DNA of 45,423 nucleotides from a bacterium (GTDB lineage Bacteria; Patescibacteriota; Patescibacteriia; CAZCGY01): NCBI GenBank assembly GCA_043807225.1, contig JAZDGG010000090.1, positions 1 to 45,423 of the forward strand, read 5' to 3'. Shown piece by piece: positions 43,039 to 45,423 of this stretch (position 1 is its first letter; each line of letters starts with the position of its first letter). The notes under the pieces were generated by a model. It saw only the letters and a program-made list of their open reading frames with translations, ran no database searches and was not told where the DNA came from. The position numbers and the translations under genes were made by a program.

Positions 43039-44430
43039 TCACTCGACGACGGTCGAAACCGCGGGTGACGAAACGCGAATGTTCTTACCGGTTGATGCAT
43101 CTACTCCAGATGCCCATGAATCCAGGAGAAGCGCATAGCTTGTCTTCTGCGTGTGCGGGGTGACGGTCACCTCAAAGCTTCCCGAGACGGCTCCATCGTC
43201 CGGACGAAGCGTGCCGACATCCCAGCGTATCGTTCGCTCTTTTGCATCGTACGAAATCGTACTGCCGAGTGCAACCGTCGCATGACCGCCCCACGCGCTC
43301 TCCAATGAAAGGGGAGCGACGATGGAAAGGTTATTGAGATCAGTTGTGTTTGATCTGATGATCCAAAAGACCCGATAGCCGGTCGTTGCGCCAATGCGCG
43401 GTGGAAGAGGTCCGTAGCCGAATTGTATGCCTGAAGTGCTGAAGTAGTGCGCTTCGGCCGCGAAGGCAATGCCTGCCGATCCGGTGCCCGCAGCAATCTC
43501 CGATGCGCTTTGTGCCGGAGAAACGCGGATGATGGTTTCCGCGGTCGCAATGTCCGCGGAATCAGTGAATCCCACATGAGCAGCAAAGCGCATATCGGCG
43601 ACCGCGTTGGCAGAGAAGACACCGGTGAGCGTGATCCGTTCCGATTCTCCTGCGCCAACCGCAGGAACGTTTCTCGTGACGCGCGATGGAGATGCTGACG
43701 ATCCGCCATCGGCCACAACAAACCCTTTCGGGAGATCAATCACGGCCGTCAGCGCCGGTGTCGCGCCCTGGGTGCTGTTTGCAAGCGTCAATGTCAGCGT
43801 CAGTGGTTGGTTGCTTGCAGCCGTCTTCGGGGCGTCGAACGTTGCGGAAATGATGGACCCGACAACGGTCGTCTGCCACGACTGTCGGAGCGTGAGGGCG
43901 ACGGTGTCGGCGTGTGTCGCCAGCCATCCGGCGAACCGTACGTCTCCAGCGGGTGTCCCCGTGATCCGCCCATGCAGCGTCACGGATGTTTGCTGTTCCA
44001 CGCTCGTGAATGTCCACGTCGTGCCCTGTGCGGCGTCGGGTTGCGGGGAGGAATCCGCAAGAAGAAATCCTGCAGGGAGATCAAGGGTCATCGTTGTGGC
44101 ACCAAGCGGCTGCTCAACGTTCTCGATGGTCGCCGTCACTGTGATCAAGTCTCCCTGCTTGGCGGTTGACGGTCCCGAGAGGGTGAACGTCGGTTCCGGT
44201 GGTGCGAGCGTTGTACTCTTTGTCCAGAGAATAATGTTTGATCCAAGGAGAAACAGAAGGATCAACGCGAGGATCGTGTCGAGAAAAAGGGACCACGACC
44301 TGCCGCGGTATCTTCCATGGAACTTGCCCGCGACAGGAGGGAGAAGAAGGTTCAACAGCGTCGTGGCAACGCGTGGTCGCTTTCTCCGCGTTTCGCTTTC
44401 ATGCTGTGGATGGTGCACAAAGGAGTCCAT
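43039..44430 (-). CDS. Membrane-anchored protein with repeated beta-rich (DUF11/CARDB-like) modules, hypothetical
   Basis: It has an N-terminal TM helix (WSLFLDTILALILLFLLGSNIILW). Repeated segments such as TVTATIENV...LDLPAGF and TLTLTLANS...IDLPKGF follow. Confidence 0.55.
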   Translation of the reverse strand: MDSFVHHPQHESETRRKRPRVATTLLNLLLPPVAGKFHGRYRGRSWSLFLDTILALILLFLLGSNIILWTKSTTLAPPEPTFTLSGPSTAKQGDLITVTATIENVEQPLGATTMTLDLPAGFLLADSSPQPDAAQGTTWTFTSVEQQTSVTLHGRITGTPAGDVRFAGWLATHADTVALTLRQSWQTTVVGSIISATFDAPKTAASNQPLTLTLTLANSTQGATPALTAVIDLPKGFVVADGGSSASPSRVTRNVPAVGAGESERITLTGVFSANAVADMRFAAHVGFTDSADIATAETIIRVSPAQSASEIAAGTGSAGIAFAAEAHYFSTSGIQFGYGPLPPRIGATTGYRVFWIIRSNTTDLNNLSIVAPLSLESAWGGHATVALGSTISYDAKERTIRWDVGTLRPDDGAVSGSFEVTVTPHTQKTSYALLLDSWASGVDASTGKNIRVSSPAVSTVVE

Positions 44431-44432
44431 GG

Positions 44433-45423
44433 TTAGTAGATATTGGGTGTTGAAACAAGGATGTCGTCGATCAGATCCCCATTGAGGTCAACGGCATTGA
44501 TTTTGACGCCGGAGCGGAGCGTCTGTTCGAAAGCAAAGAATCCATGGAGAACGGATTTTCCATGATCAGAGAGAATGCGGACGAACGGCGAACGTCCCGG
44601 CCCGGGAGCGGTAAGGATCTCCGCTTTCCCATCCCCATTCACATCACCGACGGCAACATTCACTCCTCCACGAAACCGCTTGTCGTAGGCAAAGAACCCG
44701 CCGAGCGCTATTCCATTCTTGGTAAAAAGACGAACGTGCGGTCCGCCGCGAATGCCAGCTCCTGTGACAATTTCTGCCTTCCCGTCACCATTCACATCAC
44801 CGACGGCAACGTTCACTCCTCCACGAAACCGCTTGTCGTAGGCAAAGAACCCGCCGAGCGCCGCGCCCGTGTTCGAAAAGATCCGCACCTGGGGCCCGCC
44901 GCCGTTTCCCGTTCCCGTCACAATCTCCTTCTTTCCGTTCCCGTCAAGGTCGCCCACGGCGAGCGTGATCGTGCTCTGGTACCTTGTTCCATAGGGATAA
45001 AACTGCGCAAGAATCGATCCGTCTGGGCGGTAGACGCCGACGTGGTTTCCTGTTGCCACGACAAGTTCCGTCTGGCCGTCGCCATTCAGATCCTCCTTGA
45101 CGATGTCCGCGCCACCCGGGAACGCTCCGTCATAGGTGAGGAATGCCTGGCGAAGCGGCTGCCCGCTGTTCGTAAACGAGCGCGCGAATGATCCGTTGTT
45201 GTAATGTCCGCGGTCAAACGAAAATTCCCTGCGGAGCAGCAACATACCGTCAAGCGGCGCAAGGCGCACCTGCGTGACGATAGCGCCGGTGTTGATGGTC
45301 GAGGCGGCTGTCGGGAGGATTTCCTCAAATGCGTCAGCGAGGTTGATCGTTCGCGCCTCGTCGGTGGAGTGGAGCAGCACGAGGCCGTGTTCTATTGCTC
45401 TGCGCCAGTGCCCCGGCGCGAGG
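44433..45423 (-). CDS. FG-GAP/VCBS repeat protein, 5'-truncated by the window edge
   Basis: Repeats include DLNGDGQTELV, GDLDGNGKKEIV and GDVNGDGKAEIV (the last occurs twice). The reading frame stays open from 45380 to base 45423 by my hand translation, so the true start is outside the window. Confidence 0.8.
   Translation of the reverse strand, partial: LAPGHWRRAIEHGLVLLHSTDEARTINLADAFEEILPTAASTINTGAIVTQVRLAPLDGMLLLRREFSFDRGHYNNGSFARSFTNSGQPLRQAFLTYDGAFPGGADIVKEDLNGDGQTELVVATGNHVGVYRPDGSILAQFYPYGTRYQSTITLAVGDLDGNGKKEIVTGTGNGGGPQVRIFSNTGAALGGFFAYDKRFRGGVNVAVGDVNGDGKAEIVTGAGIRGGPHVRLFTKNGIALGGFFAYDKRFRGGVNVAVGDVNGDGKAEILTAPGPGRSPFVRILSDHGKSVLHGFFAFEQTLRSGVKINAVDLNGDLIDDILVSTPNIY
44637..44861 (-). 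repeat. Near-identical 72-nt intragenic direct repeat, period 153 nt
   Basis: 44637-44708 and 44790-44861 differ at one base (ggcaacAtt versus ggcaacGtt). Both encode GGFFAYDKRFRGGVNVAVGDVNGD. Confidence 0.85.

Noticed and set aside
1-45423. CRISPR arrays, rRNA genes, reverse transcriptase, retron or DGR modules, and transposase genes
   Set aside because: I saw no regularly spaced direct repeats. None of the listed ORFs carries RT, Cas or transposase motifs. The only repeats found are the two palindromic elements and the FG-GAP intragenic duplication.

Overview
This is a 45.4-kb gene-dense bacterial chromosomal segment with about 50 CDS and 3 tRNAs. It has no rRNA and no CRISPR array. The gene content looks like a streamlined Patescibacteria/CPR-like genome, which is an inference from content only. 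Supporting genes are a short TruB without a PUA domain, an Rrf2-SufCBD-Rieske-SufS-SufU-SufT cluster, an RRM protein, ParA/ParB followed directly by an O-antigen-ligase/TPR fusion, a C39-like peptidase, and many membrane-anchored orphan proteins. The window has three parts. (i) 1-13.4 kb is an AT-richer accessory island. My hand counts on a few 60-nt lines give roughly 42-55% GC here, against roughly 55-67% in most lines downstream. It holds a co-directional nuclease-rich module: a 5'-truncated giant helical protein, a Cas4-like nuclease, a TM-Mrr-Zn-ribbon nuclease and a pseudo-receiver. It also holds a NucS-like nuclease with a PH-like protein, and a minimal phage-like block (large serine recombinase, TerL, TerS, ParB-methyltransferase, HTH) with no structural genes. 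The rest of the island is a ~550-bp non-coding gap with an orphan terminator, a TIGR02391-like gene pair and a UDG-superfamily gene. (ii) 13.4-33.6 kb is mostly core: NRAMP transporter, RRM protein, truB, the SUF operon plus trxB, ferredoxin and SOD. It is interrupted by a block of secreted proteins at 15.5-21.1 kb. That block contains a C25-like peptidase with a T9SS/FlgD-Ig-type C-terminal domain, split by a single in-frame TGA, and an unannotated 51-aa Cys-rich secreted peptide. (iii) 33.6-45.4 kb starts with a block of orphan genes bracketed by tRNA genes. It continues with parAB, envelope and glycosyltransferase genes, and a 5'-truncated FG-GAP repeat protein. My best candidate for an undescribed system is the nuclease-rich module at 1-3767, whose first gene is cut by the window edge. 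I cannot match it to any named defence system from sequence alone.
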